Below are positions 1 through 13,030 of a DNA stretch of 64,000 nucleotides, one piece after another. The first letter of the stretch is position 1. Each line of letters opens with the position of its first letter. The DNA lies in assembly GCA_035476275.1 (NCBI GenBank), contig DATILR010000391.1, forward strand, positions 63 through 64,062, given 5' to 3'. This DNA is from Candidatus Binatus sp. GTDB lineage: Bacteria > Desulfobacterota > Binatia > DP-6. The notes below the pieces were generated by a model. That model saw nothing but the letters and a program-made list of their open reading frames with translations, was not told where the DNA came from and did no database searches. The translations under genes and the position numbers were made by a program.

Positions 1-522
1 TCGGGCCAGGGCGGCGGTGACCTTGACCATCTGCAGGAGCGAGAAGATGCCTTCCTGCATGCGGGCTCCGCCCGACGCCGCACACACCACCAGGGGCAGA
101 CGCCGCCGTGCCGCGAACTCGATGAGGCGCGTCAGGCGCTCACCCACCGCCGTCCCCATGGTACCGCCGAGAAAGGCGAAGTCGAAGACGCCGATGGCAA
201 CCGGACGACGTCCGATCCGCGCCGTGCCGGTGAGAACCGCGTCGCGCCGCCCCGTCGCCTGGCGCGCCATCTGGAGGCGCTCCACGTAGGGCCGCCGATC
301 CACGAAGCGCAGCGGATCGGCAGACGGCACCTCCGCGTCGCGCTCGCGAAACGAGCCGCGGTCGACGATCAACCGAAGCCGCTCCTCGACGCCGAGCCGC
401 GCGTGATGGCCGCAGTGCGCGCAGACGTGGAGGCGCTGCTTCCGGGCGGGAGTGGCCGTCGGCTCCCGGCAGCTCGGACAGCGCTCGGTCCCGCGTCCGC
501 TCTCAGTCGACGCGCTGGCCAC
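1..522 (-). CDS. accD: Acetyl-CoA carboxylase carboxyltransferase beta subunit, 5' portion; the gene runs off the window start
   Basis: Minus-strand translation gives the AccD zinc finger CPSCREPTATPARKQRLHVCAHCGHH and the ...SGGARMQEGIFSLLQMVKVTAAL motif. It is absent from the ORF track because it reaches the window edge. The start (GTG near 522) is uncertain. Confidence 0.8.
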   Translation of the reverse strand, partial: MASASTESGRGTERCPSCREPTATPARKQRLHVCAHCGHHARLGVEERLRLIVDRGSFRERDAEVPSADPLRFVDRRPYVERLQMARQATGRRDAVLTGTARIGRRPVAIGVFDFAFLGGTMGTAVGERLTRLIEFAARRRLPLVVCAASGGARMQEGIFSLLQMVKVTAALAR

Positions 523-535
523 TCGCGGCAGTCTC

Positions 536-1351
536 TTAGCCGACCCGGGCCGGGGCCGCGGCGCGCATCGCCTGCCGGATGGCGCCGAGAAAATCCGCCA
601 CCCGCCCCGGCGCCCCGTCGGCGCTCCCTTCCTCCACGCAGCGGGCGATCGCGCTGCCGATGATGACGGCATCGGCAAAGCCGGCAATCCAGGCGGCCTG
701 CTCCGGGCGGCTGACACCGAAGCCCACCCCCACGGGCAGCTCCGTCGTCTGCCGCACCCGGCGCACCCAGTCCGGCAGGCTGGGCGGGAGGTCGGTGCGG
801 GCACCCGTCGTCCCCAGGACCGACACGAAGTAGAGAAACCCGCTCGCCGTCCGCGCGATGGTCCGGATTCGAGCCGGCGGGGTCGTCGGTGCGAGGAGCG
901 CGATCAGATCGAGCTCCGCGCTGCGCGCCGCGCGGCGGAGGTCGTGGGCCTCCTCGGGAGGGAGGTCGACGCACAGGAGCCCGTCGGCCCCTGCCGCGGC
1001 GGCATCGCGTGCGAGCTCGGCCACCCCGTAGCGAAAGAACGGATTGTAGTAGCCGAAGAGGATGAGCGGCTGGCTGATCGTCGCCCGCAGCCGGGCCACG
1101 AGCTCGAGGACGCGCGGCAGCGTCGTCCCCGCGTGCAGCGCGCGTCCTGCCGAGCGTTGCAGGACGGGCCCGTCGGCCATCGGATCCGAGAACGGGACAC
1201 CGAGCTCGATCGCATCCGCCCCCTCGGCCACCGCGGCGCGGACCAAGGCTTCGCTGGTCGCCAGATCCGGATCTCCCGCCGTGAAGTAGGGCACGAACGC
1301 GGCCTCACCCCGGGCGCGCAGCGCGGCGAAGACCGACGCGATCTGGCTCAC
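536..1351 (-). CDS. trpA: Tryptophan synthase alpha chain
   Basis: 271 aa, full-length TrpA-like (…[12 protein letters not shown]…). ATGA overlap with the trpB stop. Confidence 0.93.
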   Translation of the reverse strand: MSQIASVFAALRARGEAAFVPYFTAGDPDLATSEALVRAAVAEGADAIELGVPFSDPMADGPVLQRSAGRALHAGTTLPRVLELVARLRATISQPLILFGYYNPFFRYGVAELARDAAAAGADGLLCVDLPPEEAHDLRRAARSAELDLIALLAPTTPPARIRTIARTASGFLYFVSVLGTTGARTDLPPSLPDWVRRVRQTTELPVGVGFGVSRPEQAAWIAGFADAVIIGSAIARCVEEGSADGAPGRVADFLGAIRQAMRAAAPARVG

Positions 1352-2571
1352 GCGAGCGTCACTCCCAGGTGGGCGGCCACCGTCGGCATGTCCTTGTCGC
1401 CACGGCCGGAGAGGTTGACGAGGAGGATCGTCCGACGGTCGAGTCGCGGCGCCACCCGCACGGCATGCGCGACGGCGTGCGCGCTCTCGAGCGCGGGAAT
1501 GATGCCCTCGGTCGCCGTGAGGAGGCGGAGGGCCTCGACCGCCTCGTCGTCACCGACGGTGACGTAGCGGGCGCGCCCGCTGTCGCGGAGATACGCGTGC
1601 TCGGGGCCGACGCCCGGGTAGTCGAGGCCCGCAGCGATGGAATGCGCGCTCCGGATCTGTCCGGTCTCGTCCTGTAGGAGGTAGGTCTTGTTGCCGTGCA
1701 GCACGCCGACCTGCCCCGCCGCCAGCGAGGCGGCGTGGGCACCCGTCTCGAGCCCGCGGCCCGCCGCCTCCACCCCGACCAGCTCGACGCGCGCGTCGTT
1801 GCGAAAGGCGTGGAAGAGACCCATGGCATTGCTGCCTCCGCCCACGCACGCGATGCAGACGTCGGGCAGGCGTCCTGCGGCGGAGCGGATCTGGCGGCGG
1901 GCCTCCTCGCCGATGACCGCCTGGAAGTCGCGCACGATCACCGGATAGGGATGCGGTCCCGCCGTCGAGCCGATGAGGTAGAACGTGTCCTCGACGGTCG
2001 CGATCCAGTCGCGCAACGCCTCGTTCATCGCATCCTTGAGGGTGCGGCTGCCCGACTCCACCACGTGCACGTCGGCGCCGAGGAGCTTCATGCGGAACAC
2101 GTTCAGGCTCTGCCGCTGGACGTCTTCCGCGCCCATGAAGATCGCGCAGCGCATGCCGAAGAGCGCGGCGACGGTGGCCGTCGCCACCCCGTGCTGCCCG
2201 GCCCCGGTCTCGGCGATGAGGCGCGTCTTCCGGAGACGCCGGGCGAGGAGCGCCTGGCCGAGAGTGTTGTTGATCTTGTGCGCCCCGGTGTGCAGGAGAT
2301 CCTCGCGCTTGAGATAGATGCGGGCGCCGCCCAGGCGGCGCGAGAGGTGCTCGGCGAAGTAGAGCAGCGTCGGCCGTCCGGCATAGCGCTTGAGCCAGCC
2401 GTGGAGCTCGCGCTGGAAGCTCGCGTCGCGCTTCAGGCGCGTGTAGGCGCGCTCGAGCACGAGGAGGGCCGGCATGAGCGTCTCGGAGACGTAACGGCCC
2501 CCGTAGACGCCGAAATGCCCGGCCGCGTCAGGCAGCTTTGGCAGCGCGGATGAAGGCTTCGATCTTGCCAT
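1348..2571 (-). CDS. trpB: Tryptophan synthase beta chain
   Basis: [18 protein letters not shown]… and PLP-enzyme motifs. The ORF-track start at 2622 is a TTG. I prefer the ATG at 2571, which has a GGAAGGA SD; the alternative is 2622. Confidence 0.9.
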   Translation of the reverse strand: MARSKPSSALPKLPDAAGHFGVYGGRYVSETLMPALLVLERAYTRLKRDASFQRELHGWLKRYAGRPTLLYFAEHLSRRLGGARIYLKREDLLHTGAHKINNTLGQALLARRLRKTRLIAETGAGQHGVATATVAALFGMRCAIFMGAEDVQRQSLNVFRMKLLGADVHVVESGSRTLKDAMNEALRDWIATVEDTFYLIGSTAGPHPYPVIVRDFQAVIGEEARRQIRSAAGRLPDVCIACVGGGSNAMGLFHAFRNDARVELVGVEAAGRGLETGAHAASLAAGQVGVLHGNKTYLLQDETGQIRSAHSIAAGLDYPGVGPEHAYLRDSGRARYVTVGDDEAVEALRLLTATEGIIPALESAHAVAHAVRVAPRLDRRTILLVNLSGRGDKDMPTVAAHLGVTLA

Positions 2572-3145
2572 GGTCCTTCCGTCCCGGGCGATCCTCGACC
2601 CCCGAGGCGACGTCGACGGCAAAGGGTCTGAGACTCGCGACCACCGCGGCCACGGTGTCCGGACGGAGCCCGCCCGCCACGAACAGGCGGCCGGCCGGCA
2701 GGCCGACGGCAGCCGCCGGATCGAGGGGCCGGCCCGTGCCGCCGGGACGTTCCGGCTCGTAGCTGTCGATCAACAGGTAGTCGGTCCGGTAGCGCGCGCC
2801 CTGGTGCGCGAGGTCGGCCCCTGGCCGCGCGCGGAGTGCCTTGATCGTCCGGCAGGCCCATCCGGTGCAGTACGTGGCATCCTCCTCGCCGTGGAACTGG
2901 AGCACGGCGAGACCCACGAGCGCGGCGATCTCCTCGACGTGGGCCCGCGGCGCATCCACGAACACCCCTACCAGCGGCGTCGCGGCGACCGCATCGGCGA
3001 TGGCGCGCGCCCTTACCGGATCGACGTAGCGCGGGCTCGCCGGATGGAAGTTGAGACCGATGAAGTCCGCCCCCGCCGCGGCCGCGGCGCGGGCGTCGTC
3101 CACCGTGCAGACCCCGCAGATCTTCACCTTCACCGACATAGCCAT
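2528..3145 (-). CDS. trpF: Phosphoribosylanthranilate isomerase
   Basis: C-terminal 205 aa of the long ORF 2528..4033 ([12 protein letters not shown]…) is TrpF-like. The start was chosen at the MAMSVKV ATG. Confidence 0.85.
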   Translation of the reverse strand: MAMSVKVKICGVCTVDDARAAAAAGADFIGLNFHPASPRYVDPVRARAIADAVAATPLVGVFVDAPRAHVEEIAALVGLAVLQFHGEEDATYCTGWACRTIKALRARPGADLAHQGARYRTDYLLIDSYEPERPGGTGRPLDPAAAVGLPAGRLFVAGGLRPDTVAAVVASLRPFAVDVASGVEDRPGRKDHGKIEAFIRAAKAA

Positions 3146-3906
3146 TCGGCGAGCGCGCGCCCCGGATCGGGACGCTCCATGAACGCCTCTCCCACGAGGA
3201 CGGCACGCGCCCCTGCCGCTTGCATCCGGTGCAGATCCGCGGGCGACCGGATGCCGCTCTCCGCCACCAGCAGGGCCCCGACCGGCGCCAGCGGCGCCAG
3301 GCGCTCCGTCGTGGCGAGCGTCACCGTAAAGCTCCGGAGATCGCGGTTGTTGACGCCGATCAGCGTCGCGCCCTCCGCCGCGGCCCACTGGATCTCCGCC
3401 TCGTCGTGCACCTCGACCAGCACGTCGAGCTCCGCCGCCCGTGCAGCCGCGAGCAGCGCCCGCCCCTCCGCCGCGTCGACCGCCGCCACGATCAGCAGGA
3501 CCGCGTCGGCACCCCAGGCCCGGGCCTCCTCGATCTGGTAAGGATCGACCAGGAAGTCCTTCCGCAGGCAGGGCAGTCCGGACACTTCGCGCGCCAGGGC
3601 GAGATCCTCGAGCGCACCGCCGAAGAAGGCCCCGTCGGTGAGCACCGAAAGAGCCGTGGCGCCGCCGCGCGCATAGCCGCGCGCGAGCTCGGCCACGTCG
3701 TAGGCCGCCCGAATCGTCCCGCGTGACGGCGACGCACGCTTCAGTTCGGCGATCACGGCGGGAGCCCGCGCCGCCGCGAGCGCCCCGCGGAACGGCCGAC
3801 GGGGGGCGGCGTAGAGGGGCCGGTCGCGGAGGGCGCTCACCGGCGCAGCCTGGCGCCGGCCGGCCACCTCCTCCCGCTTGGCCGTCAGGATGCGGTCGAG
3901 GATCAT
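3130..3906 (-). CDS. trpC: Indole-3-glycerol-phosphate synthase
   Basis: [14 protein letters not shown]… with IGP synthase motifs (IAELKRASPS, LRKDF). Start taken at the internal ATG. ATGA overlap with the trpD stop. Confidence 0.88.
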   Translation of the reverse strand: MILDRILTAKREEVAGRRQAAPVSALRDRPLYAAPRRPFRGALAAARAPAVIAELKRASPSRGTIRAAYDVAELARGYARGGATALSVLTDGAFFGGALEDLALAREVSGLPCLRKDFLVDPYQIEEARAWGADAVLLIVAAVDAAEGRALLAAARAAELDVLVEVHDEAEIQWAAAEGATLIGVNNRDLRSFTVTLATTERLAPLAPVGALLVAESGIRSPADLHRMQAAGARAVLVGEAFMERPDPGRALAEWLCR

Positions 3907-4940
3907 CCTGCACACTCTGCCGCCCTGTGCCCGGCGGTGAAGGCGACCAGCCGGTCGAGGAGCGCCATTGCCGCGCCGCCATCGATCGCCGCCGCGGCAC
4001 GGGCCGCGCCGCCCCGGAGATCCGCCGCGACACCCGCGACCACGAGGGCCGCCGCCGCGTTGAGACACACGAGGTCGCGTGCCGGTCCGGGCTCCCCGCC
4101 CAGCACCGCGCGCAGCCTGGCGGCCGCCTCGGCGGCCGACGCGACGCGGAGCGTTCGGGTCGGCGCCGCGGTGAGCCCGGCGTCGCCAGGCGTCACCGAG
4201 CGCTCCCGGATCTCCCCGCGCACGACCTCGACGACGGCCGTCTCGCCTTCCAGGCTCAGCTCGTCGAGGCCGCCCGCCCCGTGCACCACCCAGGCGCGCT
4301 CCGCGCCCAGCCGCACGAGCACCTCGGCGATCGGCCTGAGCCACCGGCGGTCGTAGACCCCGATCACCTGCCGCCGCACGCCCGCCGGATTGGTGAGCGG
4401 GCCGAGCAGGTTGAAGACCGTGCGGAGACCGAGCTCGCGTCGCACGGGAGCGGCGTGGCGCATGGCGGGCTGGAGCGCGGGGGCATAGAGGAACACGAAG
4501 CCCACCGTGCGCAGGCAGCCGGCGAGCGCGGGGACCGGGAGCTCGAGCGTGACCCCGAGGGCCTCGAGCACGTCGGCCCCGCCCACCGTCCCGGACATCG
4601 CGCGGTTCCCGTGCTTGGCGACCGGAACGCCCGCCGCGGCGGCCACCAGCCCCGCACCGGTCGAGACGTTCAGCAGCCCGGCGCCATCTCCACCCGTGCC
4701 GCAGGTGTCGATCGCCTCCGGCGGCACGTCGGGAATCGTGACGGCGTGCGCCCGGAGCGCCCGGGCTGCGCCGGTGAGCTCCGCGACCGTCTCGCCCTTC
4801 ATGCGCAGGGCGACGAGCAAGCCCGCGATCTCGGCCACGCGCGCCCGCCCCCCGAGGATCTCGCCCACCGCGGCGGCCATCTCCGCCTCGTCGAGATCCC
4901 GGCGCTCGACGACCCGGGCGATCGCGTCGCGCAACGTCAC
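3903..4940 (-). CDS. trpD: Anthranilate phosphoribosyltransferase
   Basis: Contains the CGTGGDG motif. A GTG start at 4940 overlaps the trpG TGA as GTGA. Confidence 0.85.
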   Translation of the reverse strand: MTLRDAIARVVERRDLDEAEMAAAVGEILGGRARVAEIAGLLVALRMKGETVAELTGAARALRAHAVTIPDVPPEAIDTCGTGGDGAGLLNVSTGAGLVAAAAGVPVAKHGNRAMSGTVGGADVLEALGVTLELPVPALAGCLRTVGFVFLYAPALQPAMRHAAPVRRELGLRTVFNLLGPLTNPAGVRRQVIGVYDRRWLRPIAEVLVRLGAERAWVVHGAGGLDELSLEGETAVVEVVRGEIRERSVTPGDAGLTAAPTRTLRVASAAEAAARLRAVLGGEPGPARDLVCLNAAAALVVAGVAADLRGGAARAAAAIDGGAAMALLDRLVAFTAGHRAAECAG

Positions 4941-5568
4941 GACCGCTCCGACCCCCGCGGGACCGACGGCAGGCGGGCCAGAAAATTCGCCAGGATCCGC
5001 TTCCCCTCGAGCGTCAGGATCGACTCCGGGTGGAACTGCACCCCCTCCACGAAGAGCGTCCGGTGGCGGACTCCCATGATCTCGTCGTCCGCCGTCCACG
5101 CAGCCCGCTCGAGCACGGGCGGGAGCGCGCGCGGATCGATGACCAGCGAGTGATAGCGCGTCGCCTCGAAGGGAAGCGCCACGCCCGCGAACAGCCCCCG
5201 GCCGTCGTGATGGATGGGCGAGGTCTTGCCGTGCATGATGCACCGGGCCCGCACGATCGGCCCGCCGAACGCGGCCGCGATCGCCTGGTGCCCGAGGCAG
5301 ACGCCGAGGATGGGGATCTCTCCCGCGAACCGGCCGATCAACGGCACGGAGATGCCCGCCTCGCGCGGCGTGCACGGACCCGGCGAGATGACGACACCGT
5401 CGGGTCGGAGCGCCGCAACCTCGTCGAGCGTGATCGCGTCGTTCCGGCGCACGTCGACCTCGGCGCCGAGCTCACCGAGGTACTGGACGAGGTTGTAGGT
5501 GAAGGAGTCGTAGTTGTCGATCATCAGAAGCCGCTTCGGCAAGCCTTCGCGGCCCTCGCGCCGCACCG

Positions 5569-5572
<4 letters not shown>
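4937..5572 (-). CDS. trpG: Anthranilate synthase component II (glutamine amidotransferase)
   Basis: [28 protein letters not shown]… with the GVCLGHQ motif. The ATG overlaps the trpE TGA as ATGA. Confidence 0.88.
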
Positions 5573-7073
<1,501 letters not shown>

Positions 7074-7077
<4 letters not shown>

Positions 7078-7817
7078 TCCGAGGCGACGAAGGCATGCGC
7101 CACACCCTCGTGCTCGCGCAGCCGCTGCATGGTCTCGGTGGCCTGCCCGGCCGTGGCGAAGTGCCCGACCAGCACGCGGTACCACGTGTCACCGTCCCGC
7201 AGCACGCGGACGAGCGTGGCGTCGTAGCCACGGCTGCGCAGTTGGCGGACGAGGCCGTCGGCCTCGTCGTGGTTGCGGGTGGGATTCGCGAGGACGGTCC
7301 AGCTGCCGCCGGCCGGACGGGTCGCGGGGGGAGCCGATGGCGCGGGCGGGACGGGGGCCGCCGTGGCCGCGGGCGCCGGATGTGGGACGGGTGGGGCCGG
7401 CTCGGACGTGGTGGCGACTTCCTTCGGGCGCGGGGGGTGGGGTGCCGGCGCCGCGACGGCTGCGGGTGGCGCGACAGGGGCAGCGGGAGCCGGCGTGGGG
7501 GTGGCAGGGCCCGGAGTCGGGGTCGGGGTCGGGGCAGCGGGGGCGTCGTGCGGGGGATGCGGCACGGTCCGCTCAGAGCCCGCGAGCGTATCGTAAAAGG
7601 TGAGGTCGGACTCGGCCTTCGGCCGCTGCCCTGCAGGCGGCGGGGTGGAGACGACCGGCAGACGCACGAGTCGGTCCTCGGGGCCGAGCGGCCGCTCCTG
7701 CATGCCTTTCCCGACGTAGAAGCCGAGCAGGTAGACGAGTCCGCAGGTGACACCCCACGCGAGCAGCAGGACCACCCGATCCCACAACCCCAGTCCTGCA
7801 CGTCCGGCCTTGGCCAT
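7074..7817 (-). CDS. SPOR-domain membrane protein. It has an N-terminal TM helix, a Pro/Ala/Thr-rich linker and a C-terminal SPOR peptidoglycan-binding domain.
   Basis: Hydrophobic stretch LLLAWGVTCGLVYLLGFYVG. The C-terminus WTVLANPTRNHDEADGLVRQLRSRGYDATLVRV…WYRVLVGHFATAGQATETMQRLREHEG matches the SPOR fold consensus. A strong GGGGGGGAG SD sits immediately after the argS stop. Confidence 0.75.
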
Positions 7818-7830
7818 GATCTCCCCCCCC

Positions 7831-9474
7831 TCACATCCGTTCGGGCGCCTGCACGCCTGCGAGGTGAAGTGCCGAACGCAACACCTGTTGGACGGAGCGC
7901 ACGACTGCGAGGCGGGCCTGCGTCAACGCGGCATCATCGCTCAGAATGCGGTGCGTATTATAGTAGCGATGGAACGCCCCGGCCAACTCGAGCGCGTGGA
8001 ACACGATGCGGTGCGGCTCGAGGTCGCGCGCCGCGACATCGACCACGTCGGGGTAGGCGGCCACGAGCCGCAGCGGCTCCAGCTCGGCGTCCGCGAGCGC
8101 TCCCAGATCTGGCGTGGATTCGACCGATGTACCGGCCTCCGCGGCCTGGCGGAGCACGCTGGCGATCCGCGCGTGGGCGTACTGCACGTAGAAGACAGGA
8201 TTGTCCGTGCTCTGCTGCTTGGCGAGCTCGAGATCGAACTCGAGGTGGCTGTCGGCCTTGCGGGTGAGGAAGAAGAAGCGCGCGGCGTCCACCCCGACCT
8301 CGTCCAGCAGCTCGTCGAGCGTCACGTACTCCGCCCGCCGCGTGGACATCTTCACCTGCTCGCCGTTCCGCGTGAGGGTCACGAACTGGTAGATCACCGC
8401 CCGGATGTGCGCCGTGTCGTGGCCGAGACCCCGCAGCGCCGCCAGCACCTCGCGATGCTCGGCGATGTGGTCGGCGCCGAGGACGTCGAGGATGGCCGCG
8501 TACCCGCGGGCGAGCTTGTCCAGGTGGTAGGCGATGTCGGGCAGCCGGTAGGCCGGCTCACCCGAGCTCTTGACCAGCACCCGGTCCTGCTCCAGGCCCA
8601 CCGCCTCGCCGCGGAGCCAGACGGCGCCCTCGCGCCGGGCGATGAGCCCGCGCTGCTCGAGGGTATCGAGCGTCCGCTCGATGCTGCCCGACTCGTACAG
8701 CGAGTTCTCGTTGAAGTAGCGGTCGAAGGTGATGCCGAGTCGGTCCTGGGTGGCCTGGATGGCCGCGAGGATGGACTGCTCCGCCGCCTTGCGGAACACC
8801 GCACCGTCGGCGTCGGCCAGCCCTGCTCCGCCGCGCTCGAGCAGGCCGCGCGCGATGTCACGGATGTACTCCCCGTGATACCCGTCCTCCGGGAACACGG
8901 CGCCTCGACCGATCAGCTCGAGGTAGCGAGCGCGAACCGATTCGCCGAGCAGCATCATCTGCCGGCCGGCGTTGTTGAAGTAGTACTCGCGCTCGACCCG
9001 CCAGCCCGCGCGCTCGAGGAGACGCGCGAGCGTGTCGCCCAGCACCGCGTTGCGGCCGTGACCGACCGTCAGGGGCCCGGTCGGGTTCGCGCTCACGAAC
9101 TCGACCTGCACCCGCCGCCCCGCCCCTGCCGTCGAGGCACCGTACGACTCCCCCGCGGCGAGCGCCTCGCGGAGGATCATCTGCCAGAAGGCGGGCGCGA
9201 AGCGGAAGTTGAGGAATCCTGGCCCTGCGACCTCGCGGGCGGCGAGCCAGCCAGCCGGATCCTCGAGCCGGCTCAGGATGAGCTCGGCGATGGCGCGTGG
9301 CGGCCGGCCGAGCTCGCGGGCGACGACCATGGCCACGTTGCAGGCGAGGTCGCCGAAGCGAGGATCGGTGGGGGTCTCGATGGTGAGCGACGGAAGGGCG
9401 GCGAGCGGGAGCGCGCCGTCGGCGATCGCGGCGCTCAGCGCCTGGCGAAGTAGCCCCTCAAGGTGCTGCTTCAT
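7831..9474 (-). CDS. argS: Arginine--tRNA ligase
   Basis: 547 aa with class I aaRS motifs (PTGPLTVGHGRN, KMSTR). Confidence 0.95.
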   Translation of the reverse strand: MKQHLEGLLRQALSAAIADGALPLAALPSLTIETPTDPRFGDLACNVAMVVARELGRPPRAIAELILSRLEDPAGWLAAREVAGPGFLNFRFAPAFWQMILREALAAGESYGASTAGAGRRVQVEFVSANPTGPLTVGHGRNAVLGDTLARLLERAGWRVEREYYFNNAGRQMMLLGESVRARYLELIGRGAVFPEDGYHGEYIRDIARGLLERGGAGLADADGAVFRKAAEQSILAAIQATQDRLGITFDRYFNENSLYESGSIERTLDTLEQRGLIARREGAVWLRGEAVGLEQDRVLVKSSGEPAYRLPDIAYHLDKLARGYAAILDVLGADHIAEHREVLAALRGLGHDTAHIRAVIYQFVTLTRNGEQVKMSTRRAEYVTLDELLDEVGVDAARFFFLTRKADSHLEFDLELAKQQSTDNPVFYVQYAHARIASVLRQAAEAGTSVESTPDLGALADAELEPLRLVAAYPDVVDVAARDLEPHRIVFHALELAGAFHRYYNTHRILSDDAALTQARLAVVRSVQQVLRSALHLAGVQAPERM

Positions 9475-9631
9475 CCCGGTCCCCGCGGCGCCAAAGACAG
9501 TCGCCGGCAGACAACTCTGCGGGCCGGGGGGTGAACATGGCGGTCCTTCTATGCGGGGCCACGTAGGCGGTCAAGCCTCGCTCCACGCTCGTCGCAGGAC
9601 GATGCTCTCCGCCGCCGGGGACTCGGGACGC

Positions 9632-10087
9632 TCAGCCCGCGGCCGCGCGCTCCCGGGTCTCGCGTGCCGGCTTCGATCGCTCGCGCGGGCGTCGCTTCTT
9701 CGTCACGCCCGAGCGCTCCTGCTCCGCGCCCGGCCGCTCGACCAGCTCGACCAGGGAGAGGGGTGCGGCGTCGCCGTGACGGGGCCCGAGCTTCACGACC
9801 CGCGTGTAGCCGCCCTGCCGTTTCGTGTAGCGGGGCGCGATCTCGTCGAACAGCTTCTTCAGGACGCTCCGCCGCGCGACGATCGCCGCGGCGCGCCGCC
9901 GGGCATGCAGCGTCCCCTGCTTCCCGAGCGAGATCATGCGGTCGCCCCAGCGGCGGAGCTCCTTCGCCTTCACGTCGGTGGTGCGGACTGCCTCGTGCTC
10001 GAGCAGCGCCGTGACGAGGTTGCGCAACAGCGCCCGGCGGTGGGCCGGGGTCCGTCCGAGCTTCACTCCCGCGACGCGGTGGCGCAT
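9632..10087 (-). CDS. rplQ: 50S ribosomal protein L17, with a basic C-terminal extension
   Basis: [24 protein letters not shown]… The 151 aa length exceeds the typical ~120 aa. Confidence 0.93.
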   Translation of the reverse strand: MRHRVAGVKLGRTPAHRRALLRNLVTALLEHEAVRTTDVKAKELRRWGDRMISLGKQGTLHARRRAAAIVARRSVLKKLFDEIAPRYTKRQGGYTRVVKLGPRHGDAAPLSLVELVERPGAEQERSGVTKKRRPRERSKPARETRERAAAG

Positions 10088-10090
10088 CGC

Positions 10091-11152
10091 TCAGGCCGTC
10101 TCCCGCTCGCGCTGCAGGCGTCGCTTGTCGAGCTCGTCACGCGCGGGGAAGTTCTCGAGCTTCATGCCGAGCGAGAGCCCCATCTCCTGCAGGAATTCCT
10201 TGATCTCGTTGAGCGACTTCCGCCCGAAGTTCTTCGTCTTGAGCATCTCCTGCTCGGTGCGCTGCACCAGCTCGCCGATGTACTTGATGTCGGCGTTCTG
10301 CAGGCAGTTGGCGGAGCGTACCGAGAGCTCCAGGTCGTCCACGGGACGATAGAGATTCTCGTTGTGGGGGACCTCGGTGTGCTCCTCGCTCCGTGTCGAC
10401 GGCTCCTCCTCGAAGTTGACGAAGATCGCCAGCTGCTGCTGCAGGATGCGGGCCGCAAAGCCGACGGCGTCCTCGGGGCGCACGCTGCCGTCGGTGTGCA
10501 CCTCGAGCGTGAGCCGATCGTAGTCGGTCCGCTGCCCCACGCGGGCGTTGGTGACCGTGAAGTTCACCTTGAGGATGGGCGAGAAGATCGCGTCGATCGG
10601 GATGGTCCCCGCGGGGTCCTCCTCGCGCTTGTTCCGCTCGGCTGGCACGTAGCCGCGGCCCATCCGGATGACGAGCTCCACGTCGAGCTCGGAATCCTTC
10701 GCCAGGTTGGCGATGTGCTGATGGGGATTCAGGATCTCCACCCGCGGCCCCGCCTGGATGTCGGCCGCCGTCAGATCGCGCTCGCCCCGCGCCTGGATGC
10801 GCGCCGTCTCCTCGGCCACGCCGTCGTGGAGCTTGACGCGCACCTCTTTCAGGTTGAGGACGATGTCGGTGACGTCTTCGCGCACCCCCGGGATGGTCGA
10901 GAACTCGTGCAGGACGCCCTTGATGCGCAGGGCGACGATCGCCGCCCCCTGCAGCGACGAGAGCAGCACCCGGCGGAGCGCATTGCCTACCGTGGTGCCG
11001 TAGCCGCGCTCGAACGGCTCGCCGTGGAACTTCCCGTAGGTCGGCGTGAGGCTCTTCTCATCGACCTCCAGACGTCGCGGCGTGATCAGCTCGCGCCAGT
11101 TGTTCTGCGCGACGGCATCCGGACTCTGTGTTTCGAATTCCTGAAATGCCAT
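10091..11152 (-). CDS. rpoA: DNA-directed RNA polymerase alpha subunit
   Basis: 353 aa, RpoA-like N- and C-terminal domains. Confidence 0.95.
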   Translation of the reverse strand: MAFQEFETQSPDAVAQNNWRELITPRRLEVDEKSLTPTYGKFHGEPFERGYGTTVGNALRRVLLSSLQGAAIVALRIKGVLHEFSTIPGVREDVTDIVLNLKEVRVKLHDGVAEETARIQARGERDLTAADIQAGPRVEILNPHQHIANLAKDSELDVELVIRMGRGYVPAERNKREEDPAGTIPIDAIFSPILKVNFTVTNARVGQRTDYDRLTLEVHTDGSVRPEDAVGFAARILQQQLAIFVNFEEEPSTRSEEHTEVPHNENLYRPVDDLELSVRSANCLQNADIKYIGELVQRTEQEMLKTKNFGRKSLNEIKEFLQEMGLSLGMKLENFPARDELDKRRLQRERETA

Positions 11153-11176
11153 GACACCTTCCCCTGATCGCGAGGT

Positions 11177-11803
11177 CTACTTCGAGTAGAGCTCGACGAC
11201 CAACTTCTCGTTGATTGGCATGGTCAGATCGGCGCGTGCCGGCAGGGCCTTGACGCTCCCCGCAAACGCCTCCGGGTTCATCTCGAGCCAGTCCGGCACA
11301 CCCCGCCGCTGAGCCAGCTCGAGCGCCTCGCGGATGCACGCGACCTGGCGACTCCGCTCGCGTACCGTGATCGCGTCACCGGGGCGCACGAGATACGACG
11401 GCACGTCGACCTTCCGCCCGTTCACGCGGAAGTGGCCGTGGCGCACCAGCTGGCGCGCCTCGGCGCGTGAGGTCGCGAAGCCGAGCCGGTAGACGATGTT
11501 GTCGAGCCGTCGCTCGAGCAGCTGGAGCAGGGCCTCGCCCGTGACGCCCTTGCCACGGTCGGCCATCGCGAAGTACCGCCGGAACTGCCGCTCGAGGACG
11601 CCGTAGATGCGTCTCAGCTTCTGCTTCTCGCGCAGCTGGATCGAGTACTCGGAGAACTTCGGTCGGGCCTGGCCATGCTCACCCGGCGGGTAGTTCCGTC
11701 GCTCGATGGCGCACTTGTCGGTGTAGCACCGTTCGCCCTTCAGGAAGAGCTTCAAACCCTCGCGCCGGCAGTGCCGGCAGACTGCTCCCGTGTATCGTGC
11801 CAC
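11177..11803 (-). CDS. rpsD: 30S ribosomal protein S4, zinc-ribbon type
   Basis: [31 protein letters not shown]…. Confidence 0.95.
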   Translation of the reverse strand: MARYTGAVCRHCRREGLKLFLKGERCYTDKCAIERRNYPPGEHGQARPKFSEYSIQLREKQKLRRIYGVLERQFRRYFAMADRGKGVTGEALLQLLERRLDNIVYRLGFATSRAEARQLVRHGHFRVNGRKVDVPSYLVRPGDAITVRERSRQVACIREALELAQRRGVPDWLEMNPEAFAGSVKALPARADLTMPINEKLVVELYSK

Positions 11804-11814
11804 GCGCTAGCTCC

Positions 11815-12273
11815 TCACACGCGCCGTCGCTTGGGCGGTCGGCAGCCGTTGTGCGGGATCGGGGTGACGTCCTTGATGACATTCACGGAGAACCCCGCGG
11901 CCTGCAGGCTGCGCAGCGCCGACTCGCGGCCGGCCCCCGGTCCCTTCACGTAGACCTGGACCTGACGCATGCCGAGGTCGGCGGCCTTGCGCGCGGCTGC
12001 CTCGGCCGCGACCTGCGCGGCGAACGGCGTCCCCTTGCGCGACCCCTTGAACCCGACCGCACCGGCGCTGGACCACGCGATGACGTTTCCCTGCGGATCG
12101 CTGATCGTGATGATCGTGTTGTTGAACGTGGAATGGATATGCACGACACCCTCCGCCACCATGCGCTTGACCTTGCGGCGGCGGGCCGGCGCGTGCTCCC
12201 CGGTGGCGGCCTTCTCGGCCGCGCCCTTCTCACCGGCAGGCTTCTCGGCCGCGGGTTCTTTCGTCTTCGCCAT
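11815..12273 (-). CDS. rpsK: 30S ribosomal protein S11
   Basis: …[17 protein letters not shown]…. Confidence 0.93.
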   Translation of the reverse strand: MAKTKEPAAEKPAGEKGAAEKAATGEHAPARRRKVKRMVAEGVVHIHSTFNNTIITISDPQGNVIAWSSAGAVGFKGSRKGTPFAAQVAAEAAARKAADLGMRQVQVYVKGPGAGRESALRSLQAAGFSVNVIKDVTPIPHNGCRPPKRRRV

Positions 12274-12291
12274 GCAGGCTCCTTCGCGCTT

Positions 12292-12675
12292 CTAGGTCTT
12301 CTGCGGCGCGGGCTTCTTCCCCGCGATCGCCCGCCGCGGTCCCTTTCGCGTCCGGGCGTTCGTATGGGTGCGCTGGCCACGCACCGGGAGGTTGCGTCGG
12401 TGCCGAAGCCCCCGATAGCAGCCGAGATCCACCAGCCGCTTGATGCCACTGGCCACGTCACGGCGCAGGTCGCCCTCGACCTTGTACCCGGCATCGATCA
12501 CGCGACGTATGCGGGTGATCTCGTCGTCGTTCAGGTCGTCGCTCTTCCGGCCCGGCTCCACCTGCGCCTCGGCGCAGATGCTGAGGGCCGCACTCCGACC
12601 GATACCGTAGATGTAGGTCAGCGCGATTTCCATACGCTTGTTGCGCGGCAGATCGACGCCGGCGATGCGTGCCAT
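12292..12675 (-). CDS. rpsM: 30S ribosomal protein S13
   Basis: [26 protein letters not shown]…. Confidence 0.95.
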   Translation of the reverse strand: MARIAGVDLPRNKRMEIALTYIYGIGRSAALSICAEAQVEPGRKSDDLNDDEITRIRRVIDAGYKVEGDLRRDVASGIKRLVDLGCYRGLRHRRNLPVRGQRTHTNARTRKGPRRAIAGKKPAPQKT

Positions 12676-12684
12676 GGCCCTTCC

Positions 12685-12798
12685 CTATCCTTGTCGCTGT
12701 TTGTGCCGGGGGTTCGTGCACAGTACGCGCACCACCCCCTGCCGTCGGATCACCTTGCACTTCTTGCAGATTGCCTTGACGGACGCCCGTACCTTCAT
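12685..12798 (-). CDS. rpmJ: 50S ribosomal protein L36
   Basis: Not in the ORF track because it is short. My translation is [37 protein letters not shown] (37 aa). Confidence 0.9.
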   Translation of the reverse strand: MKVRASVKAICKKCKVIRRQGVVRVLCTNPRHKQRQG

Positions 12799-12799
12799 G

Positions 12800-13015
12800 T
12801 CATCGCATCCGATAGGTGATGCGGCCGCGGGACAGGTCGAGCGGCGATAGTTCCACCCTCACCTTATCACCCGGCACGATTCGTATGTAGCGCATGCGCA
12901 TCGCACCCGAGAGGTGCGCAACCACGCGGTGGCCGTTGTCGAGATCCACACGGAAGAGAGCATTCGGCATCGATTGCGCCACGGTGCCACTGACGGCGAT
13001 CGCATCGCCCGGCAT
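12800..13015 (-). CDS. infA: Translation initiation factor IF-1
   Basis: …[50 protein letters not shown]. Confidence 0.93.
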   Translation of the reverse strand: MPGDAIAVSGTVAQSMPNALFRVDLDNGHRVVAHLSGAMRMRYIRIVPGDKVRVELSPLDLSRGRITYRMR

Positions 13016-13030
13016 GGTTTGCGACTCCCT

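Noticed and set aside
7078-7185. A possible longer N-terminus for trpE (ORF-track start at 7185), which might have hidden a leader region.
   Set aside because: The extension is low-complexity and overlaps the SPOR-domain gene. The conserved TrpE N-terminus begins near the ATG at 7077, which overlaps the SPOR stop. No leader peptide with Trp codons is present.
7747-9453. 568-aa plus-strand ORF antisense to argS, along with many other long antisense or alternative-frame ORFs (for example 29680..33534 opposite rpoC, 33770..36031 opposite rpoB, 40979..43525 upstream of lptF, and 452..1567).
   Set aside because: At ~70% GC, stop codons are rare in non-coding frames. These ORFs overlap well-supported conserved genes, show Arg/Ala/Gly/Pro-rich low-complexity translations, and have no recognisable domains. 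The one exception is the C-terminal part of 40979..43525, which I annotated as lptF.
9475-9631. The 157-nt argS-rplQ spacer, as a possible T-box or riboswitch for argS.
   Set aside because: No specifier-loop or T-box consensus (AATTAGGGTGGTACCGCG) was recognisable. The spacer is GC-rich with only weak short hairpins. It is most simply an rplQ terminator region plus the argS promoter.
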